A stretch of 49,361 nucleotides of DNA from Sphaerotilus sp. (GTDB lineage Bacteria; Pseudomonadota; Gammaproteobacteria; Burkholderiales; Burkholderiaceae_C). The position numbers were made by a program, and so were the translations under genes. Below the pieces are notes generated by a model. That model was not told the DNA's origin, did not search any database, and saw only the letters and a program-made list of their open reading frames with translations. The stretch is taken from assembly GCF_041083715.1 (NCBI RefSeq), contig NZ_JBFPGY010000027.1, positions 1 to 49,361 on the forward strand, written 5' to 3'. Positions 12,079 to 24,771 of the stretch are shown here, piece after piece; position 1 is the stretch's first letter, and each line of letters opens with the position of its first letter.

Positions 12079-12098
12079 ATCGCAACGATAATAGCGGC

Positions 12099-12584
12099 AT
12101 GGCTGCCATCCAATTGACTCCGGCCCAGCGCAAGGAACACCGCGCTGAGGCCCACCACCTCGACCCCGTCGTCATGATCGGGTCCGAAGGACTCACTCCT
12201 GCCGTTCTCAAGGAGATCGACTCTGCCCTCAATGCCCACGGACTGATCAAGGTCCGTGTCTTCAGCGACGACCGCGCGGCGCGTGAAGCCCTGCTGGTCT
12301 CGCTGGCCGACGAACTGGAAGCTGCACCGATCCAGCACATCGGCAAACTGCTGGTGCTCTGGCGCCCGCTGCCAGCCAAGGAAGAGCGTCCCGGCTCGGC
12401 CGATCGGCGCGCCGCAGCACCCCGCGTGGTGAAACTGCTGACTTTCTCCAAGAGCGGGTCGCAACGTGCGCAGGTCAAGAAGCTCACCATCTTCGGCAAC
12501 CAGCGCCTGACCGCAGGCGGAATCGTCAAGCGGTCCAAGAAGCGCCTGATCGGCACCAAGAAACGCGCGCAGAGCAGCGAATAA
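12099..12584 (+). CDS. yhbY: YhbY/CRM-domain RNA-binding protein
   Basis: [31 protein letters not shown]; divergent from rlmE; basic C-terminal extension. Confidence 0.92.
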   Translation: MAAIQLTPAQRKEHRAEAHHLDPVVMIGSEGLTPAVLKEIDSALNAHGLIKVRVFSDDRAAREALLVSLADELEAAPIQHIGKLLVLWRPLPAKEERPGSADRRAAAPRVVKLLTFSKSGSQRAQVKKLTIFGNQRLTAGGIVKRSKKRLIGTKKRAQSSE

Positions 12585-12618
12585 GCCCCTCGGGATCACA
12601 CACCCGCATCCATCGTTG

Positions 12619-12655
12619 ACGCAAAGACCCCGAAACCGGGGTCTTTGCGTTTCTT
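12619..12655. terminator. Terminator hairpin between yhbY and the DUF4149 gene
   Basis: ACGCAAAGACCCC-GAAACC-GGGGTCTTTGCGT followed by TTCTT. Confidence 0.75.
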
Positions 12656-12683
12656 ACCGTGGGTAACGTTTTCTGCAAGGCGT

Positions 12684-13121
12684 TCAATTCGTCCCGGTAC
12701 CGCGCCAGACCAACGCCAGCAGCAACAGCCCCTTCAACACGAACAGCACGCTGGAGAGGCCATGCAATGCACCGAAACTCAGCCGCCCTTGTCCGGCACG
12801 GGCCGCTTCCATCATGGGTTGCAGCGCGAAATAACCCAGTACGGTGCAGAACAGCGCACCAAGCACCAGCAGCAGATTCACCGACAGCACCGAACCCTGC
12901 CCCGCCTGCATCCGCAGGGAAGCCAGCCGCCGCTCGATCAGGAACAGCACGGCAGCCAGCCCCAGCGCCGCATAGGCCTCGATGCGGAACATGTTGCCTG
13001 CCAGTCGGCCGGCGTCTGCACGCTCCAGTCCTGCAAACAGCACCGGTGCAGACACAGCAGCCAAGGTGACCACCAGACCCAGCCACAAGGCTGCCAGCAC
13101 CGTTCGGACGCGACTCAGCAT
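12684..13121 (-). CDS. DUF4149/TMEM205-like membrane protein
   Basis: Four hydrophobic helices, APVLF...AGRLAG..F and FGALHGLSS motifs; downstream of greA; start chosen at MLSRVRT. Confidence 0.8.
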   Translation of the reverse strand: MLSRVRTVLAALWLGLVVTLAAVSAPVLFAGLERADAGRLAGNMFRIEAYAALGLAAVLFLIERRLASLRMQAGQGSVLSVNLLLVLGALFCTVLGYFALQPMMEAARAGQGRLSFGALHGLSSVLFVLKGLLLLALVWRGTGTN

Positions 13122-13134
13122 GATGGCCTCCGGA

Positions 13135-13611
13135 TCAGGTGTAGCGCACTTCGATGACCTCGTAGCTCTTCGCACCACCGGGCGCGTTCACCACCGCCAC
13201 GTCACCGGCCTCCTTGCCGATCAGCGCACGGGCAATGGGTGAGCCGACCGAGATGCGCCCGAACTTGATGTCCGCCTCGTCCTCGCCGACGATCTGGTAA
13301 GTCACGGGATCGCCCGACTCCTCTTCCTCCAGATCGATGGTCGCGCCGAACACGATCCGCCCACCCGCATTGAGCGTGCTCGGGTCGATCACCTGTCCGA
13401 CCGCCAGCTTGCCTTCGACTTCCAGGATCCGGCCTTCGATGAAGCCCTGCTTGTCCTTGGCCGCTTCGTACTCGGCGTTCTCGGACAGGTCCCCCTGCGC
13501 GCGGGCCTCGGAGATCGCATTGATCACCCAGGGCCGCTCCACGGTCTTGAGCCGATGCAGCTCGGCTTTGAGCAGCTCGGCGCCGCGCTTGGTCAACGGA
13601 ATCGTGGCCAT
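13135..13611 (-). CDS. greA: Transcription elongation factor GreA
   Basis: ARAQGDLSENAEYEAAK, ISVGSPIARALIGK. Confidence 0.96.
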   Translation of the reverse strand: MATIPLTKRGAELLKAELHRLKTVERPWVINAISEARAQGDLSENAEYEAAKDKQGFIEGRILEVEGKLAVGQVIDPSTLNAGGRIVFGATIDLEEEESGDPVTYQIVGEDEADIKFGRISVGSPIARALIGKEAGDVAVVNAPGGAKSYEVIEVRYT

Positions 13612-13644
13612 GGTTCTTCTAACTCGATAGTCGATTGCAGGGAC

Positions 13645-13689
13645 AAAAACGAGCCGCCGCCAGCTTCCCTGCGGAAGGCCGGCGGCGGC
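13645..13689 (-). terminator. GC-rich terminator-like hairpin between carB and greA
   Basis: GCCGCCGCC/GGCGGCGGC outer stem with inner CTTCC/GGAAG stem, followed on the minus strand by TCGTTTTT. Confidence 0.6.
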
Positions 13690-13709
13690 GACAGATCAAG
13701 GCGCGGAGT

Positions 13710-16980
<3,271 letters not shown>

Positions 16981-16988
<8 letters not shown>

Positions 16989-18168
16989 TGTTCTTCTCCG
17001 CCACGTGCTGGGTCATGAGCGCCGTGAAGCGGTCAAACAGGTAGGCAATGTCATGGGGGCCGGGCGAGGCTTCCGGGTGGCCCTGGAAGCAGAACGCAGG
17101 CTTGTCGGTGCGGGCCAGGCCCTGCAGCGTGCCGTCGAACAGGCTGACGTGCGTCGGGCGCAGGTTGGCGGGCAGCGTTTCAGCGTCCACCGCGAAGCCG
17201 TGGTTCTGGCTCGTGATCGAGACGCGGCCGGTGTCGAGGTCCTTCACCGGGTGGTTGGCGCCGTGGTGGCCGAACTTCATCTTGAAGGTCTGCGCGCCCG
17301 AGGCCAGCGCCATGATCTGGTGGCCCAGGCAGATGCCGAAGGTCGGAATACCAGTCTCGATCAGGATCTTCGCGGCGGCAATCGCGTAGTCGCAAGGCTC
17401 CGGATCGCCAGGGCCGTTGGACAGGAAGATGCCATCCGGCCGGTGGGACAGCACATCGGCGGCAGACGTCTTGGCGGGAACCACCGTGACCTTGCAGCCG
17501 CGCTCGGCCAGCATGCGCAGGATGTTGCGCTTGACGCCGAAGTCATACGCCACGACATGGAACTGCGGCGCAGTCTGCTGGCCGAAACCCGGCTCGCCAT
17601 TCGCGGCGAACAGCTGCCACTCGGTTTCGGTCCAGACTTCCGGCTCGCGGCGGGTGACGACCTGCGCGAGATCCTGACCCGCCATGCTCGGCGCACGGCG
17701 GGCCAGCGCGACGGCCTCGTCGACCATGGCCTGCGTCACAGCGGTGTCAGCCGGAAAACCCATGATGCAGCCGTTCTGGGCACCGTGGGTGCGCAGCACG
17801 CGGGTGAGGCGGCGGGTGTCGATGTCGGCGATGGCGACGGTGCCTTCGCGCACGAGGTACTCGGCCAGCGTCATCGACTGGCGGAAGTTGGATGCGCGGA
17901 CAGGCAGGTCCTTGATGATCAGACCAGCGGCATGGACTTTCGAGGCCTCGACATCCTGCTCGTTGACGCCGTAATTGCCGATGTGCGGATACGTGAGGGT
18001 CACGATCTGCCGGCAGTAGCTCGGGTCAGTGAGGATTTCCTGGTAGCCGGTGAGCGCGGTGTTGAACACCACTTCGCCGACTGTGTGACCGGCAGCGCCG
18101 ATCGAGGTGCCTAGAAAGACTGTGCCGTCTGCGAGTGCGAGGATAGCGGGGGGCAGGACGGGCAGCAC
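16981..18168 (-). CDS. carA: Carbamoyl-phosphate synthase small subunit
   Basis: [40 protein letters not shown]; GTG start; 8-bp overlap with carB. Confidence 0.97.
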
Positions 18169-18314
18169 GGGAACTCCGGATAGAGCGCCCCCAGCGCTGC
18201 TTCAGACCGGTCGGGCTCTGCGGGTGGAGCACCGGCGACAAGCGCCATTCCGGAATCGTTGGGCAAGCATGAGACGCTGGGAAGCGTTGTTGGCAGACAA
18301 ACCTGTGGATTATA
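18169..18314 (-). promoter_or_regulatory. carA promoter (-10 TATAAT) and structured 5' leader
   Basis: Perfect TATAAT at 18314-18309; the ~135-nt leader contains nested complementary segments (see findings). Confidence 0.55.
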
Positions 18315-18585
18315 GCCGCCCGGGGGTTTTCCCGGCCAGATGCGGACATCAACGTGCTGGAATGTTCTCGCGACGAGCCCCACCCCCGTGGATCAAGGGT
18401 CGGGCAGTGCGATTCGGTACAAGTTGGCCGCTCGGATCCACACGCCACCCCTCAATAGGGGATCGACCACCATTGCAGATGTTTTCATTTGAGGGGACTT
18501 GCTAAGGTGCCGACAGGAAACGACGAAGCGCTCCAAGCGGTCCGCCAACTTCCAATCTGCAACAAACCCTCGACTGGAACTGCAC

Positions 18586-19197
18586 ATGCAAAAAACCCTG
18601 ACCTCCCTGGCCGCAGCCCTGCTGCTTGCCACCATCGGCACCGGCGCTCACGCTGCGGCGAACCTGATCACCGACGGTGACTTCGAGATGCCCGTGGTGG
18701 CCACGGATTCCTTCGACACGTACACGAACCTGGGCGGCTACAGCGCCACGCTGTGGGGCTCGGACGCCACCAGCGGCACCCACAAGATCGTGGACGTGGC
18801 GGGCAACCAGTTCATGCAGTTCGGCGGCGGCGATTCGGCCTACACCGCATTCGGTGTGGGCACCGGTGGCGCGTACACCCTGAACTTCGACTACAACGGC
18901 TCGGGCTTCTGGGCGCTGTACAACGTGAACACGTCCAACTACGTCTCGACCGGCCCGCTGGTCCAGATCAACGGCATGGGCACGGACAGCAGCAGCCTCA
19001 CGCTGGCCGACAACACCAGCTACAAGCTGTACTTCGGCTCGGTGGGCGCCGGTCTGCCGGGCATGACCACGGGCCTGCAACTGGACAACGTCGCGGTCAC
19101 GGCCGTGACCCCGGTGCCGGAACCCGAGAGCTACGCCATGCTGATGGCAGGCCTGGGCGTGCTGGGCTTCGTCAGCCGTCGCCGTCAGCAACGCTGA
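18586..19197 (+). CDS. PEP-CTERM sorting domain protein
   Basis: Signal peptide ending AHA-A; Thr/Gly/Ser/Asn-rich body; C-terminal VPEPESYAMLMAGLGVLGFVSRRRQQR. Confidence 0.93.
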   Translation: MQKTLTSLAAALLLATIGTGAHAAANLITDGDFEMPVVATDSFDTYTNLGGYSATLWGSDATSGTHKIVDVAGNQFMQFGGGDSAYTAFGVGTGGAYTLNFDYNGSGFWALYNVNTSNYVSTGPLVQINGMGTDSSSLTLADNTSYKLYFGSVGAGLPGMTTGLQLDNVAVTAVTPVPEPESYAMLMAGLGVLGFVSRRRQQR

Positions 19198-19232
19198 GCC
19201 GACGCTGCACAGCGCCCGAGCGGCGCTGCTGC

Positions 19233-19261
19233 GAGGGGCGCCCTGCTGGGGCGCCCTTTTT
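19233..19261 (+). terminator. Intrinsic terminator after the PEP-CTERM gene
   Basis: GAGGGGCGCCC-loop-GGGCGCCCTTTTT. Confidence 0.75.
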
Positions 19262-19274
19262 CGTTCAGCTGCGG

Positions 19275-20255
19275 TCAAGCATGGGGGTGGACAACCACCT
19301 TGCCCTTGATCTGCCGCGCCGCCATGCGCGCGATGGCGTCGCGCGCACCGTCGAGTCCGACCCGCTCGCTGATCACAGGCCGGATGCGGCCCTCGGCAAA
19401 CCATGTCGCCAGTTGCTGCATGTTCGCCAGGTGCGTCACCGGGTCCCGCCGGACGGCATCGCCCCAGAACACCCCCAAGATCGCCCGCTCCTTGAGCAAC
19501 GCCAGATTGAGGGGCACCTTCGGAATCGCACCCGCAGCAAATCCGACGACCAGATAGCGGCCTCGCCACGCCGTGGCCCGCAGTGCCGGCTCTGTGTAAT
19601 CCCCACCCACCGGGTCGTAGACCATCTGGACACCCTGCCCGCCGGTCAGCACATCCACTTGCTTGCGCAGGTCCTCGGTGCTGTAGTTGACCGTCTCGTC
19701 GGCGCCAACCGTTCGGCACAAAGCCAGCTTGTCCTCGCTGGACGCGGCGGCGATCACCCGTGCCCCCATCTGCTTCGCAATCTCGATCGCGGCCAGGCCC
19801 ACGCCACCGGCAGCACCCAGCACCAGCAGCGTTTCGCCCGCCTGCAGGTGGCCGACATCCTGGAGGGCATGCAGTGAGGTGCCGTAGGTCAACACCAGCG
19901 CTGCGCCGGTGTCCATGTCCATCCCTGCGGGCATCGGCATCACTTGGCGGACGTTGACAACGGCCTGCTCGGCAAAGGCCCCATGGCCGCAGAAGCTGAT
20001 CACCCGCTGCCCGACCTGCAGATGGCGCACGCCCTCGCCGACCGCCTCGACCACGCCCGCCAGTTCCGCACCTGGCGAAAATGGCAGCGCCGGCTTGACC
20101 TGGTACAGCCCCTGGACCATCAGCGCATCAGGAAAATTGACCGCTGCCGACTCGACGCGGATGCGCACCTCGCCCGCGCCGGGTTCAGGAGCGGCCACAT
20201 CGATCACGCGCAGTTGCGTGATCGGGCCATAGGATTCACAGATCAGGGCGCGCAT
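19275..20255 (-). CDS. NADPH:quinone oxidoreductase family protein (zeta-crystallin/MDR)
   Basis: VNFPDALMVQGLYQ, PFSPGAE, GAAGGVG NAD(P) motif, GKVVV C-terminus. Confidence 0.9.
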   Translation of the reverse strand: MRALICESYGPITQLRVIDVAAPEPGAGEVRIRVESAAVNFPDALMVQGLYQVKPALPFSPGAELAGVVEAVGEGVRHLQVGQRVISFCGHGAFAEQAVVNVRQVMPMPAGMDMDTGAALVLTYGTSLHALQDVGHLQAGETLLVLGAAGGVGLAAIEIAKQMGARVIAAASSEDKLALCRTVGADETVNYSTEDLRKQVDVLTGGQGVQMVYDPVGGDYTEPALRATAWRGRYLVVGFAAGAIPKVPLNLALLKERAILGVFWGDAVRRDPVTHLANMQQLATWFAEGRIRPVISERVGLDGARDAIARMAARQIKGKVVVHPHA

Positions 20256-20357
20256 GGGCAGATCTCCGGCAGGAAAGTTCGGCAAAGTCCGCAGTCTGCC
20301 GGCACCGCGGCCACCGCCCTGACTCCAGGGTGACAGGCCCGGCCCGGCGCGCGGTGT

Positions 20358-20747
20358 TCAGGCGACGAAGACCAGCCGCCCCAGCCACCACCCCAGCGCC
20401 ACAGCGCCCAGCGCACCCAGCAGATGCGCGGCACTGTGCACCAGCGCGAGCAGCACATTTCCAGACTGCAGCAAGACCAGCGACTCGCCCGAGAACGACG
20501 AGAACGTCGTCAGCCCGCCCAGGAAGCCAGTGACGACCAACAACCGGCCGTTAGTATCTTCCGGATGCAGACGAAACCAGACAAGGGCCAGCCCGATCAG
20601 GAAGCCCCCCACCACATTGACGGTCAACGTGCCCAGCGGAAACCCGGCGACGACAAACCCCAGGCGGACCCCGGCCTGCCAGCGCAGCAATGCGCCCAGT
20701 GACGCTCCCAGGGCCACCGACCCCGCCTGCACCAGCGTTGCATTCAT
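20358..20747 (-). CDS. crcB: Fluoride channel Fluc/CrcB
   Basis: GALLRW, GTLTVNVVGGFLIG, GFLGGLTTFSSF; ATGA overlap with the moaE stop. Confidence 0.92.
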   Translation of the reverse strand: MNATLVQAGSVALGASLGALLRWQAGVRLGFVVAGFPLGTLTVNVVGGFLIGLALVWFRLHPEDTNGRLLVVTGFLGGLTTFSSFSGESLVLLQSGNVLLALVHSAAHLLGALGAVALGWWLGRLVFVA

Positions 20748-21250
20748 GCGCTGGCCGCGTTGCCAGAGACGATGCCCCAGCGCGTCAGCGCCGCACCATC
20801 GCTGGCGCGGGCATCGACCCAGCGGGCCCCTTCGGGCGTGGTTTCCTTCTTCCAGAACGGCGCCTCGGACTTGAGGTAGTCCATCAGGAACTCGCACGCC
20901 TGGAACGCTTCGCCACGGTGCATCGACGTGACCGCGACCAGCACGATCTGGTCGGCGATCTGCAACGGACCGACCCGGTGGATGACGCGCACGCCACGGA
21001 GGTCGAAGCGGCGGAAGGCGTCGTCGATCATCGCCTCGATGCTGCGCTCGGTCATGCCGGGGTAATGCTCCAGCTCCATCGCGCTGATGGAGGCGCTGTC
21101 GGGCTGGCCTGCGTGGCGATCGCGCACCGTGCCGACGAAGGTGGCGATGGCGCCGACACCTGCGTCACCGGCCCGCAGTGCGGCGACTTCGGCCGACAAG
21201 TCGAAGTCCTCGGTCTGGATGGAGACGCTGGACCGGCGCGACGACGACAT
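20744..21250 (-). CDS. moaE: Molybdopterin synthase catalytic subunit
   Basis: GAIATFVGTVRD, LEHYPGMT, HRVG, MDYLKSEAPFWKKE. Confidence 0.95.
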   Translation of the reverse strand: MSSSRRSSVSIQTEDFDLSAEVAALRAGDAGVGAIATFVGTVRDRHAGQPDSASISAMELEHYPGMTERSIEAMIDDAFRRFDLRGVRVIHRVGPLQIADQIVLVAVTSMHRGEAFQACEFLMDYLKSEAPFWKKETTPEGARWVDARASDGAALTRWGIVSGNAASA

Positions 21251-21253
21251 CGT

Positions 21254-21511
21254 TCAGCCTCCGGTGACCGGCGGAAAGAACGCAACCTCGGCGCCCGGCG
21301 TCAGCTCGGCCGACTCGGTGCACATGGTCTGGTCGAGGGCCGCACGCAGCGCCCTGCCCCGCGCCAGCGCGCCGGCGTGCGGCTCGCCACGGGCGATGAG
21401 CCGGTCGCGCAACTGGCCAACCGTCAGCGGCGCGTCGAGCGCCAGCACCTCACCGGCACCGAGCGATTCGCGCAGCGATGCGAAATAACGGATCTGGATC
21501 TGCATGGTCAT
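21254..21511 (-). CDS. moaD: Molybdopterin synthase sulfur carrier subunit
   Basis: YFASLRE and C-terminal AFFPPVTGG. Confidence 0.95.
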   Translation of the reverse strand: MTMQIQIRYFASLRESLGAGEVLALDAPLTVGQLRDRLIARGEPHAGALARGRALRAALDQTMCTESAELTPGAEVAFFPPVTGG

Positions 21512-22806
21512 CCCAGTTCACTCAACGGCACGAAGCGTACCGCCTCGCCGCGGGCGATCGCCTGCCCGGCCGCAATGTCCACCAGCCCGTCGGCCCAGAC
21601 CACCGAGGTCAGCACCCCGGAACTCTGGTTCGGAAACAATTCGACCTCGCCGTCGGCGTTGACGCGGGCGCGCACGAACTCGCGGCGCCGGTCGGGTGTC
21701 GGCCAATCGAACGCCGCGCGCAGCGGATAGTGGCGCAGCGCCCAGCTTTCAGCGTGTGCGCCCTGCAACCGCAGCAGCACCGGCCGCACCGTCAGCAGGA
21801 AGGTCACGAAGCTCGACACCGGATTGCCTGGCAAGCCGAGGAACCACGCCTCGCTGCCGTCCTCGCGCCGCACGGCACCGAACGCCAGCGGCTTGCCCGG
21901 CTTCATCGCGATCTGCCACAGGTCCAGCCGGCCCTCGGCCTGCACGGCAGGGCGCAGGTGGTCCTCCTCGCCCATCGAGACACCACCCGATGTGAGGATC
22001 AGGTCGCAGTCGGCCGCCGCAGCACGCAGCGCGGCGCGGGTCGCGTCGAGCCGGTCCGGGACAATGCCCAGGTCCTGCACCTCGCAGCCCATCGCCTGCA
22101 CCAGACCGCGCAGCGTGTAGCGGTTGGAGTTGTAGATCGCACCGGGGCGCATCTGCTCGGGCAGCACCTCGCCCGGCATCACCAGCTCGTCGCCGGTCGA
22201 GAACACGGCCACGCGCGGTCGGCGGGCGACCTTCAGCATGGCCGCGCCGACCGACGCGGCCAGCCCGAGCGCCGCGGGCGTCAGGCGCGTGCCGGCCGCG
22301 AGCACGACGGCACCACGCTGCACGTCCTCGCCTCGGCGGCGGATCCACTGGCCGGCCGGCGGCACGCAATGGACGCGCACGGCGCCCAGCCCGTCGCCGG
22401 CCACGGCCTCGCACTGCTCCTGCATCACGACGACATCGGCACCGGGTGGCACCTGTGCGCCGGTGAAGATGCGCACCGCGGTGCCTGGCTGCAGCGGCTG
22501 GCCGACGATGCCCGCCGGAATGCGCTGGCGCACCGGCAAGACGGTGCCCACCACGGCCACATCGGCTGCACGCATCGCATAGCCGTCCATGGAGGTGTTG
22601 TCGGCCGGAGGCACGTCCAGCAGCGAACACACGTCCTCGGCCAGCACGCGCCCGAGTGCCTCAAAGGTAGAGACCGTTTCGGACTGCGCCGCGCAGGTGG
22701 TGGCCACAGCGGCCAGCAGCTTCGCCAGTGCATCGTCCAGGCTCTGCAGCACCGGGCGGCGTGGGGCTGCCGCCGGTTCAGCGGTGTTCAGGGGCTCGGT
22801 AGCCAT
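21508..22806 (-). CDS. moeA: Molybdopterin molybdotransferase MoeA
   Basis: SMDGYA, RIFTGA, STGDEL, SGGVSMG, KPGKP, LPGNPVS; start moved to MATEP. Confidence 0.94.
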   Translation of the reverse strand: MATEPLNTAEPAAAPRRPVLQSLDDALAKLLAAVATTCAAQSETVSTFEALGRVLAEDVCSLLDVPPADNTSMDGYAMRAADVAVVGTVLPVRQRIPAGIVGQPLQPGTAVRIFTGAQVPPGADVVVMQEQCEAVAGDGLGAVRVHCVPPAGQWIRRRGEDVQRGAVVLAAGTRLTPAALGLAASVGAAMLKVARRPRVAVFSTGDELVMPGEVLPEQMRPGAIYNSNRYTLRGLVQAMGCEVQDLGIVPDRLDATRAALRAAAADCDLILTSGGVSMGEEDHLRPAVQAEGRLDLWQIAMKPGKPLAFGAVRREDGSEAWFLGLPGNPVSSFVTFLLTVRPVLLRLQGAHAESWALRHYPLRAAFDWPTPDRRREFVRARVNADGEVELFPNQSSGVLTSVVWADGLVDIAAGQAIARGEAVRFVPLSELG

Positions 22807-23326
22807 AGCGTTGCGGATCGCTTCGCAGGAAATCGGCCACCGACGCCGGATCGTCCAGATCCAGCAGCGGCAGCCCGGTGGGATGGGGCACGCTGTCCGC
22901 CGTCGGGCGGGCCACGGCAATGACGAACGGATCATCGGGGTACATGGCCGGCGCCCCATGGGCGGCACGCCAGACCTCGACCTTGGGCAGATCGGCGTGC
23001 TTGAACCCCTCGACGATCACCCAGTGCTCGACGCCCAGCGTACCCAGATCGCTCAGCTCGGCGACCAGCTGGTGCACGGACAGATGCGCCTCGACCTCGA
23101 ACTCGCGCATCAACGCGATGCGGTGGGGGTTGGCGACGAGCACCTCGAACGCACCGGCCGCGCGGTGGCGGTGGCTGTCCTTGCCGGGGCGGTCGATGTC
23201 GAAGGGCTTGTGGGTGTGCTTGATCACCGAGACCCGGCAACCCTGCGCCTTGAACGCCCGGATCAGACCCTCACCAAGCGTGGTCTTGCCCGAACCGGAC
23301 GCGCCGCAGAGGCCGATGACGTTCAC
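22778..23326 (-). CDS. mobB: Molybdopterin-guanine dinucleotide biosynthesis protein B
   Basis: GASGSGKTT, IKHTH, DRPGKDSHR, VEGFK. Confidence 0.93.
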   Translation of the reverse strand: MNVIGLCGASGSGKTTLGEGLIRAFKAQGCRVSVIKHTHKPFDIDRPGKDSHRHRAAGAFEVLVANPHRIALMREFEVEAHLSVHQLVAELSDLGTLGVEHWVIVEGFKHADLPKVEVWRAAHGAPAMYPDDPFVIAVARPTADSVPHPTGLPLLDLDDPASVADFLRSDPQRYGYRAPEHR

Positions 23327-24741
23327 AGCGGCACGTGGTCGCGGACGTACTGCTGGATCACCGCCGTATCGGCCGGCATGACCCGGAAGCGCTTCGGGCG
23401 CGACTCCAGATCGGCCAGCGCAGCCGGACGCGGCGCATGCACCTCGGCGCCAAGCGCTTCGGCGATCGTGCCCTCGAACTTGGCCGGCAGCGCCGTTTCC
23501 AGCACGATCATCGGCACGCCGTCCTCACGCAGCTCGCGCGCCACTTTCACGCCGTCGGCGGTGTGGGTGTCGATCAGCACGCCCTGGCCTTCGTAGGTCG
23601 CGCGGATCGTCGCCAGTCGGTCGGCGTGGGTCGAGCGGCCCGACTGGAAACCGTAACCGGCGATGCGAGCGAACTCGTCAGTGGACACGGTGAACACACC
23701 CTCGCGGCTCAGCGCGTCACCGAACAGCGCCTTGGTGCGCACGCCATCACGGCCGAGCAGGTCGAACACGAAGCGCTCGAAGTTCGACGCCTTGCTGATG
23801 TCCATCGAAGGGCTCGACGTTTCCCAGGTCTCGCTGCTGCCGCGCACGCGGTAGGTGCCGGTGCGGAAGAACTCTTCGAGCACGTTGTTCTCGTTGGTCG
23901 CCACCACGAGGTGCTTGACCGGCAGGCCCATCATGCGCGCCACATGGCCCGCGCAGACATTGCCGAAATTGCCAGACGGCACCGTGAAGCTGACCTGCTC
24001 GTCATTCGATTGCGTCGCCTGGAAGTAGCCGGCGAAGTAGTAGACGACCTGCGCCAGCAACCGCGCCCAGTTGATCGAGTTCACCGTGCCGATGCGGTAG
24101 GCGCGCTTGAACTCCAGATCGTTCGAGACGGCCTTGACGATGTCCTGGCAGTCGTCGAACACGCCCTCGACGGCGAGGTTGTGGATGTTCTCGTCCTGCA
24201 GGCTGAACATCTGCGCCTGCTGGAACGGACTCATGCGGCCGTGCGGCGACAGCATGAACACGCGCACGCCGGCCTTGCCGCGCATCGCGTACTCGGCCGC
24301 GCTGCCGGTGTCGCCAGAAGTGGCGCCGAGGATGTTGAGCTGCTCGCCGCGGCGCGCCAGTTCGTACTCGAACAGGTTGCCCAGCAGCTGCATCGCCATG
24401 TCCTTGAAGGCCAGCGTCGGCCCGTTGGACAGCGACTCCAGGCACAGGCCCGGCTCCAGTGGCTTGAGCGGCACGATGGCGTCGGTGCCGAACACCTCGG
24501 CGGTGTAGGTCTTCTCGGCCAGGCGCTTCAGGTCGAGCGGCGGAATATCGTCGATGTAGAGCGACAGGATCTCGAACGCGAGTTCGGCGTAGGACAGGCC
24601 GCGCCAGCGGGCCAGCGTGGCCGTGTCGATCTTCGGATAGCGGACCGGCAGGTACAGGCCGCCATCGGGCGCGAGGCCCTCCAGCAGGATCTCGCAGAAA
24701 CGGCGCTCGGTCTGGTCGCCTCGGGTGCTGATGTACTTCAT
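23323..24741 (-). CDS. thrC: Threonine synthase
   Basis: MKYISTRG, GLAPDGGLY, GPTLAFKD (PLP lysine), VPSGNFGN. Confidence 0.97.
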   Translation of the reverse strand: MKYISTRGDQTERRFCEILLEGLAPDGGLYLPVRYPKIDTATLARWRGLSYAELAFEILSLYIDDIPPLDLKRLAEKTYTAEVFGTDAIVPLKPLEPGLCLESLSNGPTLAFKDMAMQLLGNLFEYELARRGEQLNILGATSGDTGSAAEYAMRGKAGVRVFMLSPHGRMSPFQQAQMFSLQDENIHNLAVEGVFDDCQDIVKAVSNDLEFKRAYRIGTVNSINWARLLAQVVYYFAGYFQATQSNDEQVSFTVPSGNFGNVCAGHVARMMGLPVKHLVVATNENNVLEEFFRTGTYRVRGSSETWETSSPSMDISKASNFERFVFDLLGRDGVRTKALFGDALSREGVFTVSTDEFARIAGYGFQSGRSTHADRLATIRATYEGQGVLIDTHTADGVKVARELREDGVPMIVLETALPAKFEGTIAEALGAEVHAPRPAALADLESRPKRFRVMPADTAVIQQYVRDHVPL

Positions 24742-24771
24742 CGTGCGTGCTTCAGAGTGCGGACAGCCGGC

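Noticed and set aside
1-13600. Impression of weaker GC3 bias in the left part than in carB, thrC and guaA
   Set aside because: Not quantified, the genes are core and syntenic, and expression-related codon bias could explain it. A sliding GC3 or tetranucleotide analysis would be needed.
18415-18430. Possible sigma54 promoter (CGGTACAAGTTGGC) upstream of the PEP-CTERM gene
   Set aside because: GG-to-GC spacing is 9 nt rather than the required 10.
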